DNA of 64,000 bases from Bacteroidaceae bacterium (GTDB lineage Bacteria; Bacteroidota; Bacteroidia; Bacteroidales; Bacteroidaceae). The translations under genes were made by a program, and so were the position numbers. The stretch's first letter is position 1. Every line of letters starts with the position of its first letter. Location: the NCBI GenBank assembly GCA_050946375.1, contig JBMNUT010000005.1, positions 7,522-71,521 on the forward strand, read 5' to 3'. Positions 1-10,716 of this stretch are shown one piece after another. The notes under the pieces are model-generated. The model was not told the origin of the DNA. It searched no databases and was given only the letters and a program-made list of their open reading frames with translations.

Positions 1-1868
1 ATTTCTACAAGAATGGAGGCGTTGTAATGGCAGTTGGCGAACTGCCTCAAGCTACGAGCCGGATTGGGAAGAATGACGCCCGGGTAAATGCAATGGTGAA
101 AGAGATGTTTGAAGGAAAAGGTGTGTATGAAATCGAGGCGCTTCCGAATCAGATAGGGTCGTTGATTACTCCGGATTTTAAAACCCAGAGCGGTGAAGGG
201 AAAGTATTGCATCGCAGGGTTGCCGGTCAAGATGTATATATGGTGATGAATGTTCGGAAAGGGGATGAAATCTTTTTCCGGAGCAAAGGGAAAGTTGAGC
301 GTTGGACAGCATGGGATGGAAATATTGCGGATGTACCGATCAGCAGACAGACGGATAAAGGTACATGGATAACGTACGATGCGGATTATAATGAATCCAG
401 GTTATTTGTTTTTTCTGCGGGAGAGCCGGAATATAGCGAGGTGGTGCATGATCAAAGCCAGTTGATAAAATCGATATCCGTAGACGGCGAATGGGATATT
501 GAGATTGTTCCGACGATGAATAATAAATGGGGCGATTTCCGTTTGCCTGCAACGGAAGAACTGATAGGCGTTGAAGCGAGGGAATTTGTCTATGGTTTTG
601 TGCCGGATAGCCTTCTTCCTGTTATGCGTGGGAGAGTATTGCCCTATAAAGGCATTTATGGGTATGCACCCTATATGGAGACATTGACGTTGCCGTCGTC
701 GGTAAGTCTGGAAACTTTTTCGCTCGATTCCTTGAACGGAAAAGTATGGAAGCCTTATTGTTATTCTTGGGAATATGGGGTTTTTGATAATCCGGGCAGC
801 CAAGGATATCATGGGCTGAAAGGAAAGGTTGATAATCGTTTTTTGATTTTAGACCAAGGCGGGCATCAGTTTTTTAGGACCTATGTTTATGCGCCGCAGG
901 ATGCTGATTATAGGATTGAACAGGAAGGTACGGAAACGGATTATTGTTATTTGGACGGGAAGCCTTTTTCTGGCAAGAATGTGACGATGAAAAAGGGATG
1001 GCATCAGCTGATACTGGTTTATGCGGATACGCCTGTAGGAGATTATATATTGGAAGAGAAGAAAAGCAATAGTATAGATAATAGGAAACGCAGTGCTTTT
1101 GTATTTTATCCTGCTGACTATCCGCCGATCAAAGAAAACTCATCGTATGATACGATTGTGGCAATGAAGTGGTTCCGGACGGGGCATTTGCCGTATAGCC
1201 CGCTGGGAGATCATAAGGGATTATGGTGCTATGAATTTCAAACAGCTCCTGGGACCTGTAAATTGTTCATGAAGTTAAATGGAGATATAAAGGATGTGTG
1301 GGTAGATAGTATGCGAGTAGAACGAACAGCCTTGGAAAAAAGAGGGGAAAAGGATTGGTCTTTGGATTTGAGTAGGTATTATACTTCCCGTTTATCTACA
1401 GTTACGATTGCCGCAGAACCGGATTGCGCCAATATCGGGCCTGCTTTTTTTGTAACTCCGGTGAAAATGCAGTGTAAGGGAGGAAAGATGTTGGCTGGTA
1501 ACTGGACAGAATATGGAGCTTTGAAGTTTTATTCCGGTGGTATTCGTTATGCGAAAAGTTTTTCGTTGCCAGATAATATGGCAATAGATGGAGTGTTTTT
1601 GGATTTAGGAGGAGTGAATGCTACTTGTGAAGTCGTTGTTAATGGAAAAAGTGCGGGCGTTTTGATGCATCCTCCTTATGTATTAGACGTCAGTAAGCTG
1701 CTGGAAAGAGGCGAAAATAAGATAGAAATATTGGTATATAGTACTTTGTCCAATCATTATCAGACAATACCGTCGGCTTATCGCGGAACGCCAGTGTCTG
1801 GATTGCTTGGGCCGGTGAAACTCTTGATTTATGGGCCTCAAAGTGAAAGTGCTTCAATTGCACCCTGA
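1..1868 (+). CDS. Glycosidase-associated protein ending in a GH2-type sugar-binding / jelly-roll domain; probably 5'-truncated by the window edge
   Basis: ORF-track ORF 27..1868. The frame stays open from nt 3 to the ATG at 27, and there is no signal peptide at that ATG. The C-terminal segment GNWTEYGALKFYSGGIRYAKSF...ATCEVVVNGKSAGVLMHPPYVLDVSKLLERGENKIEILVYSTLSN resembles the jelly-roll at the end of large Bacteroidota glycosidases (possibly GH106-like). This is recognition from memory, not searched. Confidence 0.5.
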   Translation, partial: FYKNGGVVMAVGELPQATSRIGKNDARVNAMVKEMFEGKGVYEIEALPNQIGSLITPDFKTQSGEGKVLHRRVAGQDVYMVMNVRKGDEIFFRSKGKVERWTAWDGNIADVPISRQTDKGTWITYDADYNESRLFVFSAGEPEYSEVVHDQSQLIKSISVDGEWDIEIVPTMNNKWGDFRLPATEELIGVEAREFVYGFVPDSLLPVMRGRVLPYKGIYGYAPYMETLTLPSSVSLETFSLDSLNGKVWKPYCYSWEYGVFDNPGSQGYHGLKGKVDNRFLILDQGGHQFFRTYVYAPQDADYRIEQEGTETDYCYLDGKPFSGKNVTMKKGWHQLILVYADTPVGDYILEEKKSNSIDNRKRSAFVFYPADYPPIKENSSYDTIVAMKWFRTGHLPYSPLGDHKGLWCYEFQTAPGTCKLFMKLNGDIKDVWVDSMRVERTALEKRGEKDWSLDLSRYYTSRLSTVTIAAEPDCANIGPAFFVTPVKMQCKGGKMLAGNWTEYGALKFYSGGIRYAKSFSLPDNMAIDGVFLDLGGVNATCEVVVNGKSAGVLMHPPYVLDVSKLLERGENKIEILVYSTLSNHYQTIPSAYRGTPVSGLLGPVKLLIYGPQSESASIAP

Positions 1869-1920
1869 CAGGCGGAAAGTCTTTTCTAAATTGTAGATTA
1901 GTTACCGGGAAAGTGCCGGC
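1869..1920. repeat. Two units of the GGAAA(A)GTGCC intergenic repeat family
   Basis: GGCGGAAAGTCTTTTC (1871-1886) and CCGGGAAAGTGCCGGC (1905-1920), directly after the stop at 1868. Confidence 0.45.
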
Positions 1921-1963
1921 TTATTACGTCAGAATTGATTGTTCTAATAAAAAAGATAATAAG

Positions 1964-3445
1964 ATGAAAAACAACCTGCGAAACGGGCTCCGCTCAGGAA
2001 TAGTCCGTACGAAACGATGGCTGGCCGCGCTCCTGCTGGGAGTTGTGGCGCAGGGGTGGACTGCCCCGCTGGCTGCGCAAAACGAACCGTTGGCACCGTT
2101 CACACGCGACGAGAAGCTGTATGCTTACTCCAAATTCTGGGCCGAGGTCAAACGCAACTTTGTATATATGTATAAGGTAGGCAACGACCGATGGGATTCG
2201 CTCTACCGGGCGATGCTGCCCGAGGTGATCGACAGCCGGACGGATGCCGAGTTTCTGCGCCTGATGGAGCGGTTTTGCGCTTTTCTCAAGGACGGGCACA
2301 CCGGAATCTCTTATAACGGGAGGCGCGGGCCGGACGTTACGACCACTTATTTCCGCGACGGCATTTCGCTGTGGACGGGGCTTGTGGAGGACAAGATCGT
2401 GCTGGAGCGCGTAGACTCGCTGCATGCCCGCGAGTTCCCTCCCGGTTCGGAACTGGTGGAGGTGGACGGGATACCGGCACGTGCCTACATGGAGAAGTAT
2501 TCGTTGCCCTACATTGCGGCCTCTGCGCCCCACTCGCGGCGGAAACAGGCGGCGATGTACCTGCTGATGGCGCCGAAGGGTACGGAACGCAGGCTGGTGT
2601 TCCGGGTGGACGGCGAGCTGAAACCGCTGACCGTGGTGCATGACTACGTAGGACCGTACAGCTCTTTGGTCGAACTGCCGGGCTTGCCCGCCGGGCAGGG
2701 GCGGAAGGGTTGGTTCGAACTGGCATGGCCCGAGAAACACATTGCCTACGTGCGCATTGGTACGTTTAACCGGGACGACGTAATCGAGCAGTTCGAAGCG
2801 GTCTTCCCCGAGCTGCAGAAGAAGGCAAAGGGCGTAATCATCGACCTGCGCAACAACGGGGGAGGCAGCACGATCCGGGGCACGCGGTTGCTGTCGTACT
2901 TTACTTCGAAAAATTACCTGATGGGTTCCCGTTGGTCGACGCGTTGCTACAAGCCGGCTTATGCGTCGTGGGGCGCGGCAAGTCCCAGCAGTCCGGCTCT
3001 GACGCCGGCCGATACGGTGGGCAGCAGCCTCAACCGTGAGTGTTACCTGCATGCTCAAGACCTGGCGGAGTATGTGGGCGGTATGATGGAGGCCCGCTTC
3101 GAAGAAGGGCATCCCTGCCTGGAGGTGCCGGTGGCCGTGCTGACGAACAGCAATACGGCTTCGGCCTGTGAGGATTTTCTGGTTTTTGCCGACAGTGTGG
3201 AGAATGTGTTCACCGTGGGCGAGCCTACGTACGGCAGTACGGGCAACCCGATTTTCATTCCTCTGATTTACGACCTTTCGTGCCGTATCTGTACGAAAAA
3301 GGATACGTATCCCGACGGACGCGAGTTTGTGGGCAAGGGCATCGAGCCGGATGTCTATGTGCCCGTCACGCTGGAATCGCTGATGAAGAATGACGACATA
3401 CAGCTGGAGGCGGCCATTGCGGAAGTGAAGAAACGTATGGACTGA
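1964..3445 (+). CDS. S41 family peptidase (tail-specific protease-like)
   Basis: ORF 1913..3445 trimmed to the first ATG (MKNNLRNGL...). Hydrophobic signal WLAALLLGVVAQGW. S41 motifs IIDLRNNGGGS and NTASACEDFLVF (Ser nucleophile region). Confidence 0.8.
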   Translation: MKNNLRNGLRSGIVRTKRWLAALLLGVVAQGWTAPLAAQNEPLAPFTRDEKLYAYSKFWAEVKRNFVYMYKVGNDRWDSLYRAMLPEVIDSRTDAEFLRLMERFCAFLKDGHTGISYNGRRGPDVTTTYFRDGISLWTGLVEDKIVLERVDSLHAREFPPGSELVEVDGIPARAYMEKYSLPYIAASAPHSRRKQAAMYLLMAPKGTERRLVFRVDGELKPLTVVHDYVGPYSSLVELPGLPAGQGRKGWFELAWPEKHIAYVRIGTFNRDDVIEQFEAVFPELQKKAKGVIIDLRNNGGGSTIRGTRLLSYFTSKNYLMGSRWSTRCYKPAYASWGAASPSSPALTPADTVGSSLNRECYLHAQDLAEYVGGMMEARFEEGHPCLEVPVAVLTNSNTASACEDFLVFADSVENVFTVGEPTYGSTGNPIFIPLIYDLSCRICTKKDTYPDGREFVGKGIEPDVYVPVTLESLMKNDDIQLEAAIAEVKKRMD

Positions 3446-3475
3446 AAACGGATATTTCTGAAGGCTTTACGGTCT

Positions 3476-3518
3476 GCGGGAAAAAGATTGTGGGAAAAAC
3501 CTGCAGCCTTTTTCCCGC
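3476..3518 (+). terminator. Hairpin after the S41 peptidase gene (repeat-family unit, weak terminator candidate)
   Basis: GCGGGAAAAAG (3476-3486) pairs with CTTTTTCCCGC (3508-3518) around a 21-nt loop; starts 31 nt after the stop. Only a short T-rich tail follows. Confidence 0.4.
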
Positions 3519-3523
3519 TTCTG

Positions 3524-3555
3524 TTTGCGCAGAATATAAATTTATCCTACTTTTG
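3524..3555 (+). promoter_or_regulatory. Bacteroides-type promoter of frdCAB: TTTG (-33) and TAcTTTTG (-7)
   Basis: TTTG at 3524-3527, a 20-nt spacer, then TACTTTTG at 3548-3555; 61 nt before the frdC ATG. Matches the Bacteroides sigma-A consensus TTTG / TAnnTTTG. Confidence 0.55.
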
Positions 3556-3616
3556 CGGGAAGAATGCAGAATCAACTGAAATAACAAATAAATAATCTAA
3601 AAACAGCAATTCATTT

Positions 3617-4279
3617 ATGTGGTTAATCAATTCTTCTGTAGGCAGGAAATTGGTCATGAGTATCTCAGGCTTGTTCCTCGTCCTCTTCGTAACCTTTCAC
3701 ATGGCGATGAACCTTGTGGCTGTCATTTCCGAAGATGGCTACGACGCAGTGTGTGAGTTCTTAGGAGCCAATTGGTATGCTCTTGCAGGAACAGCAGTGT
3801 TGGCTCTGGGTTTTGTGGTGCACATTGTCTACGCTTTCATCCTGACAGCGCAGAACCGCCGCGCACGTGGCAGCCAGGACTATGCTGTCTCGGAACGCCC
3901 GAAAGGTGTGGAATGGGCCTCTCAGAACATGCTTGTGCTGGGGCTTATCGTGATCCTCTTCTTCTTGCTCCACCTGACTCACTTCTGGGGCAAAATGCAG
4001 TTGCCTGAAATCATGGGCGAATATCCCGAAGGTGGTATCGACCTGATTCAGCAGGTATTCAGCAGTCCGCTTAATCTGGTTCTCTACCTGATTTGGTTCG
4101 TTGCTATCTGGTTCCACCTGACCCATGGCTTCTGGAGCGCACTTCAGACGCTGGGTTGGAGCAACCGCGTATGGTTCAACCGTTGGCGGACTATCGGTAA
4201 CGTATGGGCTACGGTCGTTTTGGCCGGATTCGCTCTCTCAGCTATTGTTTTCTACGTGAAATACGGCTTGATGTGCTGA
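3617..4279 (+). CDS. frdC: Fumarate reductase / succinate dehydrogenase cytochrome b subunit
   Basis: 220 aa with about five hydrophobic helices. His-containing heme-ligand contexts FHMAMNLV, VVHIVYAF, LLHLTHFW, IWFHLTHGFW. Lies directly upstream of the flavoprotein and Fe-S subunits. Confidence 0.85.
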   Translation: MWLINSSVGRKLVMSISGLFLVLFVTFHMAMNLVAVISEDGYDAVCEFLGANWYALAGTAVLALGFVVHIVYAFILTAQNRRARGSQDYAVSERPKGVEWASQNMLVLGLIVILFFLLHLTHFWGKMQLPEIMGEYPEGGIDLIQQVFSSPLNLVLYLIWFVAIWFHLTHGFWSALQTLGWSNRVWFNRWRTIGNVWATVVLAGFALSAIVFYVKYGLMC

Positions 4280-4328
4280 TGCTTCATACCTGAACCTATA
4301 CATTATATATTAAAAAGACAATCGCATT

Positions 4329-6272
4329 ATGACTAAGATAGATTCAAAAATTCCCGAAGGCGCATTAGCCGAGAAATGGACTAACTATAAGAATCATCAG
4401 AAGTTGGTGAACCCTGCCAACAAACGCCGCCTGGATATCATCGTGGTCGGAACGGGTTTGGCCGGTGCCTCTGCAGCTGCTACGCTGGGCGAGATGGGTT
4501 TCAAGGTGTTCAACTTCTGTATTCAGGATTCGCCCCGTCGCGCGCACTCAATTGCCGCACAGGGTGGTATCAATGCTGCGAAGAATTACCAAAACGACGG
4601 TGACTCTGTGTACCGTCTCTTCTATGATACGATTAAGGGCGGCGACTATCGTGCCCGTGAAGCAAACGTTTATCGTCTGGCCGAGGTATCGAATAACATT
4701 ATCGACCAGTGCGTTGCGCAGGGAGTGCCTTTCGCTCGCGAATATGGCGGTACGTTGGCCAACCGTTCGTTCGGTGGTGCACAGGTAAGCCGTACTTTCT
4801 ATGCAAAAGGTCAGACCGGTCAGCAGCTTTTGCTGGGTGCCTACTCGGCATTGAGCCGTCAGGTAAACAAAGGCACGGTAAAGCTGTACACCCGTTACGA
4901 GATGCAAAACCTGGTAATCATCGACGGTCGTGCACGGGGCATCATCGCCCGTAACCTCGTAACCGGTAAGTTGGAGCGTTTTGCTGCACACGCTGTGGTA
5001 ATTGCTACGGGTGGATATGGAAATACTTACTTCCTCTCTACGAATGCCATGGGATGCAACTGCTCGGCGGCTATCGAGTGCTATAAGAAAGGTGCTTACT
5101 TTGCAAATCCTGCCTATGTGCAGATTCACCCCACTTGTATCCCCGTACACGGCGACAAGCAGTCCAAGCTGACGCTGATGTCTGAGTCTTTGCGTAATGA
5201 TGGCCGTATCTGGGTTCCGAAGAAGCTGGAAGATGCAAAACGCCTGCAGCGCGGTGAAATCAAAGGTTCGGATATTCCCGAGGAAGACCGCGACTATTAT
5301 TTGGAGCGCCGTTACCCGGCATTCGGAAACTTGGTGCCGCGTGATGTAGCTTCGCGTGCTGCGAAGGAGCGTTGCGACAAGGGATATGGCGTGAACAGCA
5401 CGGGCTTGGCCGTTTTCCTTGACTTCTCTGAAGCTATCGGCCGCTTGGGTGAAGATGTAGTGCGCCAGCGTTATGGCAATCTTTTCGATATGTATGAGGA
5501 GATTACCGACGACAATCCCTACAAAACCCCGATGATGATTTATCCTGCCATCCACTATACGATGGGTGGAATATGGGTAGACTACGAACTGCAGACTTCT
5601 ATCAAAGGTCTTTTTGCTATTGGCGAATGTAACTTCTCTGACCACGGTGCCAACCGTTTGGGCGCATCTGCTTTGATGCAGGGCTTGGCCGATGGCTATT
5701 TCGTACTGCCTTATACGATTCAAAACTACCTGGCTGACCAAATTACCGTACCTCGTTTCTCGACCGATCTGCCTGAGTTTGCAGCTGCCGAGAAGGAAGT
5801 TTCCGACAAGATCGAGAAACTGATGTCTATTAAGGGTAAGGAATCTGTGGATTCTATCCATAAGAGACTCGGCCATATCATGTGGGAATACGTCGGAATG
5901 GGCCGTACCAAGGAAGGTTTGACGAAAGGTTTGGCTGAAATGAAGGCTCTGAAGAAAGAATTCTGGAGCAATGTGTTCATTCCGGGCAAGGCTGACGACA
6001 TGAATACCGAGCTGGATAAGGCATTGCGCCTGGCAGACTTCTTGGAAATGGGTCAACTCGTAGCATTCGATGCTCTGCATCGTGAAGAATCCTGCGGTGG
6101 ACACTTCCGCGAAGAGCACCAGACGGAAGAGGGCGAAGCTAAGCGTGATGACGCAAACTTCTCCTATGTGGCTTGCTGGAACTATCAGGGCGAAGACAAA
6201 GAGCCCGAACTTTTGAAAGAAGATCTGAACTATGAGTTCGTGAAAGTTCAAACCCGTAACTATAAATCATAA
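4329..6272 (+). CDS. frdA: Fumarate reductase / succinate dehydrogenase flavoprotein subunit
   Basis: FAD fold [12 protein letters not shown], covalent-FAD His context [24 protein letters not shown]; 647 aa. Confidence 0.95.
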   Translation: MTKIDSKIPEGALAEKWTNYKNHQKLVNPANKRRLDIIVVGTGLAGASAAATLGEMGFKVFNFCIQDSPRRAHSIAAQGGINAAKNYQNDGDSVYRLFYDTIKGGDYRAREANVYRLAEVSNNIIDQCVAQGVPFAREYGGTLANRSFGGAQVSRTFYAKGQTGQQLLLGAYSALSRQVNKGTVKLYTRYEMQNLVIIDGRARGIIARNLVTGKLERFAAHAVVIATGGYGNTYFLSTNAMGCNCSAAIECYKKGAYFANPAYVQIHPTCIPVHGDKQSKLTLMSESLRNDGRIWVPKKLEDAKRLQRGEIKGSDIPEEDRDYYLERRYPAFGNLVPRDVASRAAKERCDKGYGVNSTGLAVFLDFSEAIGRLGEDVVRQRYGNLFDMYEEITDDNPYKTPMMIYPAIHYTMGGIWVDYELQTSIKGLFAIGECNFSDHGANRLGASALMQGLADGYFVLPYTIQNYLADQITVPRFSTDLPEFAAAEKEVSDKIEKLMSIKGKESVDSIHKRLGHIMWEYVGMGRTKEGLTKGLAEMKALKKEFWSNVFIPGKADDMNTELDKALRLADFLEMGQLVAFDALHREESCGGHFREEHQTEEGEAKRDDANFSYVACWNYQGEDKEPELLKEDLNYEFVKVQTRNYKS

Positions 6273-6280
6273 AGAAGAAA

Positions 6281-7036
6281 ATGGATAAAAATATAAGTTT
6301 CACGCTGAAGATCTGGCGTCAAAGAGGTCCTAAAGAGAAAGGCGCTTTCGAGACTTACCACATGGAAGATATCCCTGGGGATACTTCATTCCTGGAAATG
6401 CTCGACATTCTTAATGAACAACTGGTGGAGAAAGGCGAGGAACCGATTGTCTTCGACCACGACTGCCGCGAGGGTATCTGCGGAATGTGTTCCCTTTATA
6501 TCAACGGTCATCCTCACGGACCGGCTACGGGAGCTACTACTTGCCAGATATACATGCGCCGCTTCTCCGACGGCGATACGATTACGGTAGAGCCGTGGCG
6601 CTCCGCTGGTTTCCCCATCATCCGCGATTTGATGGTTGACCGCAGCGCTTACGACAAGATCATGCAGGCCGGTGGTTATGTAAGTGTGAACACGGGCGCT
6701 CAGCAGGAGGCTAATGCAATTCCTATCTCGAAGGATGTGGCCGACGAGGCTATGGATGCTGCCACTTGCATCGGCTGTGGCGCTTGCGTAGCTGCTTGTA
6801 AGAACGGTTCGGCTATGCTGTTCGTCTCCGCCAAGGTAAGCCAGCTGGCATTACTTCCGCAAGGAAAGGCAGAAGCAGCCCGCCGCGCGAAAGCTATGCT
6901 GAGCAAAATGGACGAACTGGGCTTCGGTAACTGTACCAACACACGTGCTTGTGAAGCAGAATGCCCGAAGTGCGTCAGCATCAGCAATATCGCTCGTTTG
7001 AATCGCGAGTTTATTAAGGCTAAATTGGCAGACTGA
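6281..7036 (+). CDS. frdB: Fumarate reductase / succinate dehydrogenase iron-sulfur subunit
   Basis: Three Cys clusters: [33 protein letters not shown]; 251 aa; 8-nt gap after frdA. Confidence 0.95.
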   Translation: MDKNISFTLKIWRQRGPKEKGAFETYHMEDIPGDTSFLEMLDILNEQLVEKGEEPIVFDHDCREGICGMCSLYINGHPHGPATGATTCQIYMRRFSDGDTITVEPWRSAGFPIIRDLMVDRSAYDKIMQAGGYVSVNTGAQQEANAIPISKDVADEAMDAATCIGCGACVAACKNGSAMLFVSAKVSQLALLPQGKAEAARRAKAMLSKMDELGFGNCTNTRACEAECPKCVSISNIARLNREFIKAKLAD

Positions 7037-7067
7037 TTTCAGCCGGTAATTCGTTTTATATTTAAAA

Positions 7068-7110
7068 GAGTGCCGTTTGCTTTTTCAAAGAGCAACGGCG
7101 CTCTTTTTTT
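7068..7110 (+). terminator. Rho-independent terminator of frdCAB
   Basis: GAGTGCCGTTTGC ... GCAACGGCGCTC stem (one bulge/mismatch) followed by a T7 run at 7104-7110. Confidence 0.8.
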
Positions 7111-7650
7111 ATAGTCCTTTCCCAACGGATGGGATTGTTTAGGTCTGCGCGGAAAATCATTTGCATTTGGCGGCTACGGGGTACAGTCCGACTGGAGCAG
7201 AGAGTGGAGAGATTCTGTTTTTCTCTTTCATGGTTGTGCTGCTTGGGACAGCATTCATCTTTTCTTTCTTCTCAGCAATGTTTCGAAATAGCAGGTCTAT
7301 TGCCATTTTTCAGGGAATGATATTTTTCCTGCTCCCGCTCCGAAATGAGGCAAGCCTCGCAGTAGGGCAGAGTAGGGGGGAAGTACGTTTGGACTGTTGT
7401 GCGGTATGTCCCGATGACTTCATGCAGTGAGGGAAGGGGAAAAATACCGTTTTTTCTCTCAATCCCCAGAAAAACGGCTTTCATAATTGCGCTCTATTCA
7501 ACGAACGGTTCCTTATCCGATAAGTAATTCATTTCTGAAAATTGAGGCTCTCTACGGCCCTTATTTCGCGTTTTTCTTCATATTTGACATAAAAATACCC
7601 CCATTTTCTTTCGAAAGAGTGATTCTTTTGCCGGTCAGACGCCGCAGGCG

Positions 7651-7706
7651 GAAAAAATGAAGCGCCGCATCCTGATGCGAATTCCGTTTGTCAGGATGCG
7701 GCGCTT
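7651..7706 (-). terminator. Rho-independent terminator of waaA
   Basis: A 16-bp perfect stem: AAGCGCCGCATCCTGA (7660-7675) / TCAGGATGCGGCGCTT (7691-7706). On the minus strand it is followed by CATTTTTTC. Confidence 0.8.
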
Positions 7707-7754
7707 TTTATGTATTCGGAAAAAGTCCGTTGTCTTTTATTCAGTTTTCAGGCT

Positions 7755-8981
7755 TCAGAGCGGCAGTTCATCCAGAATCATTTGGGTTGCGCCGGCACGT
7801 TTTTTTACAAAATTACCCGCATTTTCTCCGCTTTGCTGCAGGAATTGCGGGTCGCTGAGGAAGTTGTCCAGCAATTTGTTCAGCTCCTCCTGCGTCGAAA
7901 TGCAGAATCCTCCTTTTTCTTCAATCAGTCCCTTAGCTTCCATAAACTTCTGATGTTTAGGACCGAAGAGCACCGGCATTCCGTAGACGGCAGCCTCCAG
8001 CAGATTGTGTATGCCCTTTCCGAATCCGCCCCCTACATAAGCAATGTCGCCATAGCGATAGATGGACGAGAGCAGCCCGTAGCCGTCGATAATCAGGCAG
8101 TCGGTTTGTTCTATCTTGTTCTCTTTGAGGCGACTATACTGCATGTAGGGCCGTTTGAGTTTGTCTATGATTTCCGTCAGATGTATCTCGTCGATGACAT
8201 GCGGGGCAATGATCAGTTTCAGTTCCGGGTGCGTATTAAAGTATTCGATGAAGAGATCTTCGTCCGGTTGCCAGCTGCTTCCGGCCACGAGGCAGTGCGG
8301 AGCACTCTTGCTGAACCGCTCTACAATCGGTAAGTCGCGTGCCGCCTCCTTGATTTCCAGCACGCGGTCGAACCGCGTGTCGCCGACGACGCTCACGTTG
8401 TGAACCCCTAATTTGGCAAGGAACTTCTTCGAGATTTCGTTCTGCACGTACAGATGCGTAAAGTCCTTCAGCACGTTGCGGTAAATGCCGCCGTACCACT
8501 TGAAAAATATCTGATTTTTTCGGAAAATGCTGGAGATGCTGTACGTCGGGACACCCATTTTGTGCAGCTCGTCGAGGTAGTTTTTCCAAAACTCATATTT
8601 GATGAAAAAAGCCATCTTCGGTTGTACGAGATGGACGAAGCGATGTGCGTTCAGTGGGGTGTCCATGGGCAGGTAACACACGATGTCGGCACCCTGATAG
8701 TGCTTGCGCACTTCATATCCCGAGGGGGAGAAAAAAGTCAGAAGTATCTTATATTGAGGGTATTTCGCGCGTATATGCTCGATGAGCGGCCTTCCCTGTT
8801 CGAATTCGCCCAGCGATGCGGCGTGAAACCAGAGGTAGGGTTTCCCCCGTTCCAGCTGTTGCCGCAGGATACGCCCTACGACCCACGAGCCTTTTACCAT
8901 CTGTCGTGGTTTCCGGCTGAAAGGAAATAGAAAATAGAGAGCTAAATAATAAAGGTATATACCGATGTTGTAAAGAATCAT
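7755..8981 (-). CDS. waaA: 3-deoxy-D-manno-octulosonic acid (Kdo) transferase
   Basis: WFHAASLGEFEQGRPLIE and LLTFFSPSGYE are typical of KdtA/WaaA. ORF 7755..9056 is trimmed to the ATG at 8981 (MILYNIGIYLYY..., membrane anchor), because the upstream 75 nt are the palindromic intergenic repeat. Confidence 0.85.
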   Translation of the reverse strand: MILYNIGIYLYYLALYFLFPFSRKPRQMVKGSWVVGRILRQQLERGKPYLWFHAASLGEFEQGRPLIEHIRAKYPQYKILLTFFSPSGYEVRKHYQGADIVCYLPMDTPLNAHRFVHLVQPKMAFFIKYEFWKNYLDELHKMGVPTYSISSIFRKNQIFFKWYGGIYRNVLKDFTHLYVQNEISKKFLAKLGVHNVSVVGDTRFDRVLEIKEAARDLPIVERFSKSAPHCLVAGSSWQPDEDLFIEYFNTHPELKLIIAPHVIDEIHLTEIIDKLKRPYMQYSRLKENKIEQTDCLIIDGYGLLSSIYRYGDIAYVGGGFGKGIHNLLEAAVYGMPVLFGPKHQKFMEAKGLIEEKGGFCISTQEELNKLLDNFLSDPQFLQQSGENAGNFVKKRAGATQMILDELPL

Positions 8982-9031
8982 AACCGTTATTCGTAGTGTT
9001 TCGGGATGGAGGGGAGGAAAGTTTGGTGCAA

Positions 9032-9071
9032 CGTTTTTCGGGAAAAGTGCAGGCACTTTTCCCGAAAAACG
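9032..9071. repeat. 40-bp near-perfect palindrome, the best full copy of the repeat family
   Basis: CGTTTTTCGGGAAAAGTGC-AG-GCACTTTTCCCGAAAAACG: 19-nt arms with no mismatch; 10 nt downstream of the gltX stop. Confidence 0.85.
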
Positions 9072-9080
9072 GCAAGGCTT

Positions 9081-10598
9081 TTAGCCCAATACCTCTATGG
9101 CTTTTTGTAGGCGTGCCAGCGTTTCCTCCTTGCCCAGCACGTTGGTTATTTCGAACATGTGCGGCCCGATTCCCTGCCCCACCAGAGCCAGTCGGAATGC
9201 GTTCATCACATCTCCCGTTTTGTAGCCTTTTTCTTCAATCCATTTCATGACCTCTTTCTCCTGGTTCTCCATCGAGAAATCGTCCAACCCCTGCAGAAGG
9301 TCGTGTAACTCCTTCATTTGCTGGGCAGAATACTCCTTCCAGCGCTTTTGGCGCGTCTTCTCGTCGTACGTTTCCGGCGCCACGAAGAAGAACCGGCACA
9401 GCGGTACGAGCTCTTTGATGAAGTCCACCCGGCTTTTCATCAGCCCCGCCACGTGCTCGATGCGCTCCAACGGCTCGTGTATGCCTTCCGCTTCCAGCTC
9501 CGGAGCGAGGAGCCGTGCCGCTTCAGCGTTGTCCATGCGCAGGATGTATTCGTGGTTGAACCAGATGCACTTCTTGAAGTCGAACTTGGCCCCCGACTTG
9601 TTGCAGCGTTTCAGGTCGAACAGTTCGCAAAGCTCCTCCCGGCTCATGATTTCCCGGTCGTCGCCCGGATTCCAGCCCAGCAGCGCCAGGAAATTCACCA
9701 CAGCGTCAGGCAGATAGCCTCGTTCGCGGAATCCCAGGCTCTGCTCGCCTGTCTTCGGGTCGGTCCAGGCCAGCGGGAATACGGGGAATCCCATCCGGTC
9801 GCCGTCGCGCTTGCTGAGTTTGCCCTTTCCGTCGGGTTTCAGCAAGAGGGGCAGGTGGGCAAATTCCGGCATGCTGTCGGCCCATCCCAAAGCCCGGTAG
9901 AGCAACACGTGGAGCGGGGCGGACGGCAGCCATTCCTCGCCGCGGATTACGTGGGTGATTTCCATCAGATGGTCGTCCACTATGTTGGCCAGGTGGTAAG
10001 TGGGCAGCTCGTCGGCCGATTTATACAACACCTTGTCGTCCAGTATCGTAGAGTTGATTACGACGTCTCCGCGTATCAGGTCGTGTACGTGTACCTCTTC
10101 GCCCGGTTCCACTTTGAAGCGCACGACGTACTTCGTGCCGTTTTCCATGAGCCGTTTCGTCTCTTCCTCGCCCAGGGTGAGCGAGTTTCTCATTTGCATG
10201 CGCGTTTGCGCGTCGTATTGGAAGTTGGGGATTTCCTTGCGTTTGGCCTCCAGTTCTTCGGGCGTGTCGAATGCCACATAAGCCTTGCCGCTTTCGAGCA
10301 ATTGCCTTGCATGTTTCTGGTAAATCTCCCGGCGCTCGCTCTGGCGATACGGGCCGTATTTTCCACCCCGCTGCGGGCTCTCGTCGAAGGTGATGCCTAA
10401 CCATTCGAACGATTCGGCAATGTATTCCTCGGCTCCGGGCACGAAACGTCCCGAGTCCGTATCTTCAATGCGGAGTATCAGTTCCCCGTTGTTATGACGG
10501 GCAAAGAGATAATTGTATAGAGCGGTACGCACGCCCCCGATATGCAACGCGCCCGTAGGGCTGGGAGCGAAGCGTACTCTTGTTTTGCGTTGGGTCAT
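9081..10598 (-). CDS. gltX: Glutamate--tRNA ligase
   Basis: HIGH-type motif [21 protein letters not shown]-type motif GKLSKRDG; 505 aa. Confidence 0.95.
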   Translation of the reverse strand: MTQRKTRVRFAPSPTGALHIGGVRTALYNYLFARHNNGELILRIEDTDSGRFVPGAEEYIAESFEWLGITFDESPQRGGKYGPYRQSERREIYQKHARQLLESGKAYVAFDTPEELEAKRKEIPNFQYDAQTRMQMRNSLTLGEEETKRLMENGTKYVVRFKVEPGEEVHVHDLIRGDVVINSTILDDKVLYKSADELPTYHLANIVDDHLMEITHVIRGEEWLPSAPLHVLLYRALGWADSMPEFAHLPLLLKPDGKGKLSKRDGDRMGFPVFPLAWTDPKTGEQSLGFRERGYLPDAVVNFLALLGWNPGDDREIMSREELCELFDLKRCNKSGAKFDFKKCIWFNHEYILRMDNAEAARLLAPELEAEGIHEPLERIEHVAGLMKSRVDFIKELVPLCRFFFVAPETYDEKTRQKRWKEYSAQQMKELHDLLQGLDDFSMENQEKEVMKWIEEKGYKTGDVMNAFRLALVGQGIGPHMFEITNVLGKEETLARLQKAIEVLG

Positions 10599-10626
10599 AT
10601 TGAACGTTAAATTAAGAAAAGTGCCG

Positions 10627-10634
10627 CAAAGTTA
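10627..10634 (-). promoter_or_regulatory. -7 box TAACTTTG for gltX
   Basis: The reverse complement of 10627-10634 is TAACTTTG; 28 nt upstream of the gltX ATG. Confidence 0.45.
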
Positions 10635-10716
10635 CGCCTTTTTTCTCAGAAAACGTTTTTTTCTTTCCTGAATCCCTGGCTTTTTCGTAATTTTCGCCCG
10701 CAAAGTTGAACAACCT

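Noticed and set aside
2712-2720. The tRNA T-loop-like string GGTTCGAAC.
   Set aside because: It lies inside the S41 peptidase CDS with no flanking acceptor or anticodon arm complementarity. I found no tRNA, rRNA, tmRNA or RNase P-like gene anywhere in the window.
7161-7484. ORFs of 89 aa (+, TTG start) and 70 aa (-) in the frdB-waaA gap.
   Set aside because: There is no ATG start for the + ORF, no recognisable motif, and no -7 box. I keep them only as a low-interest note in findings.
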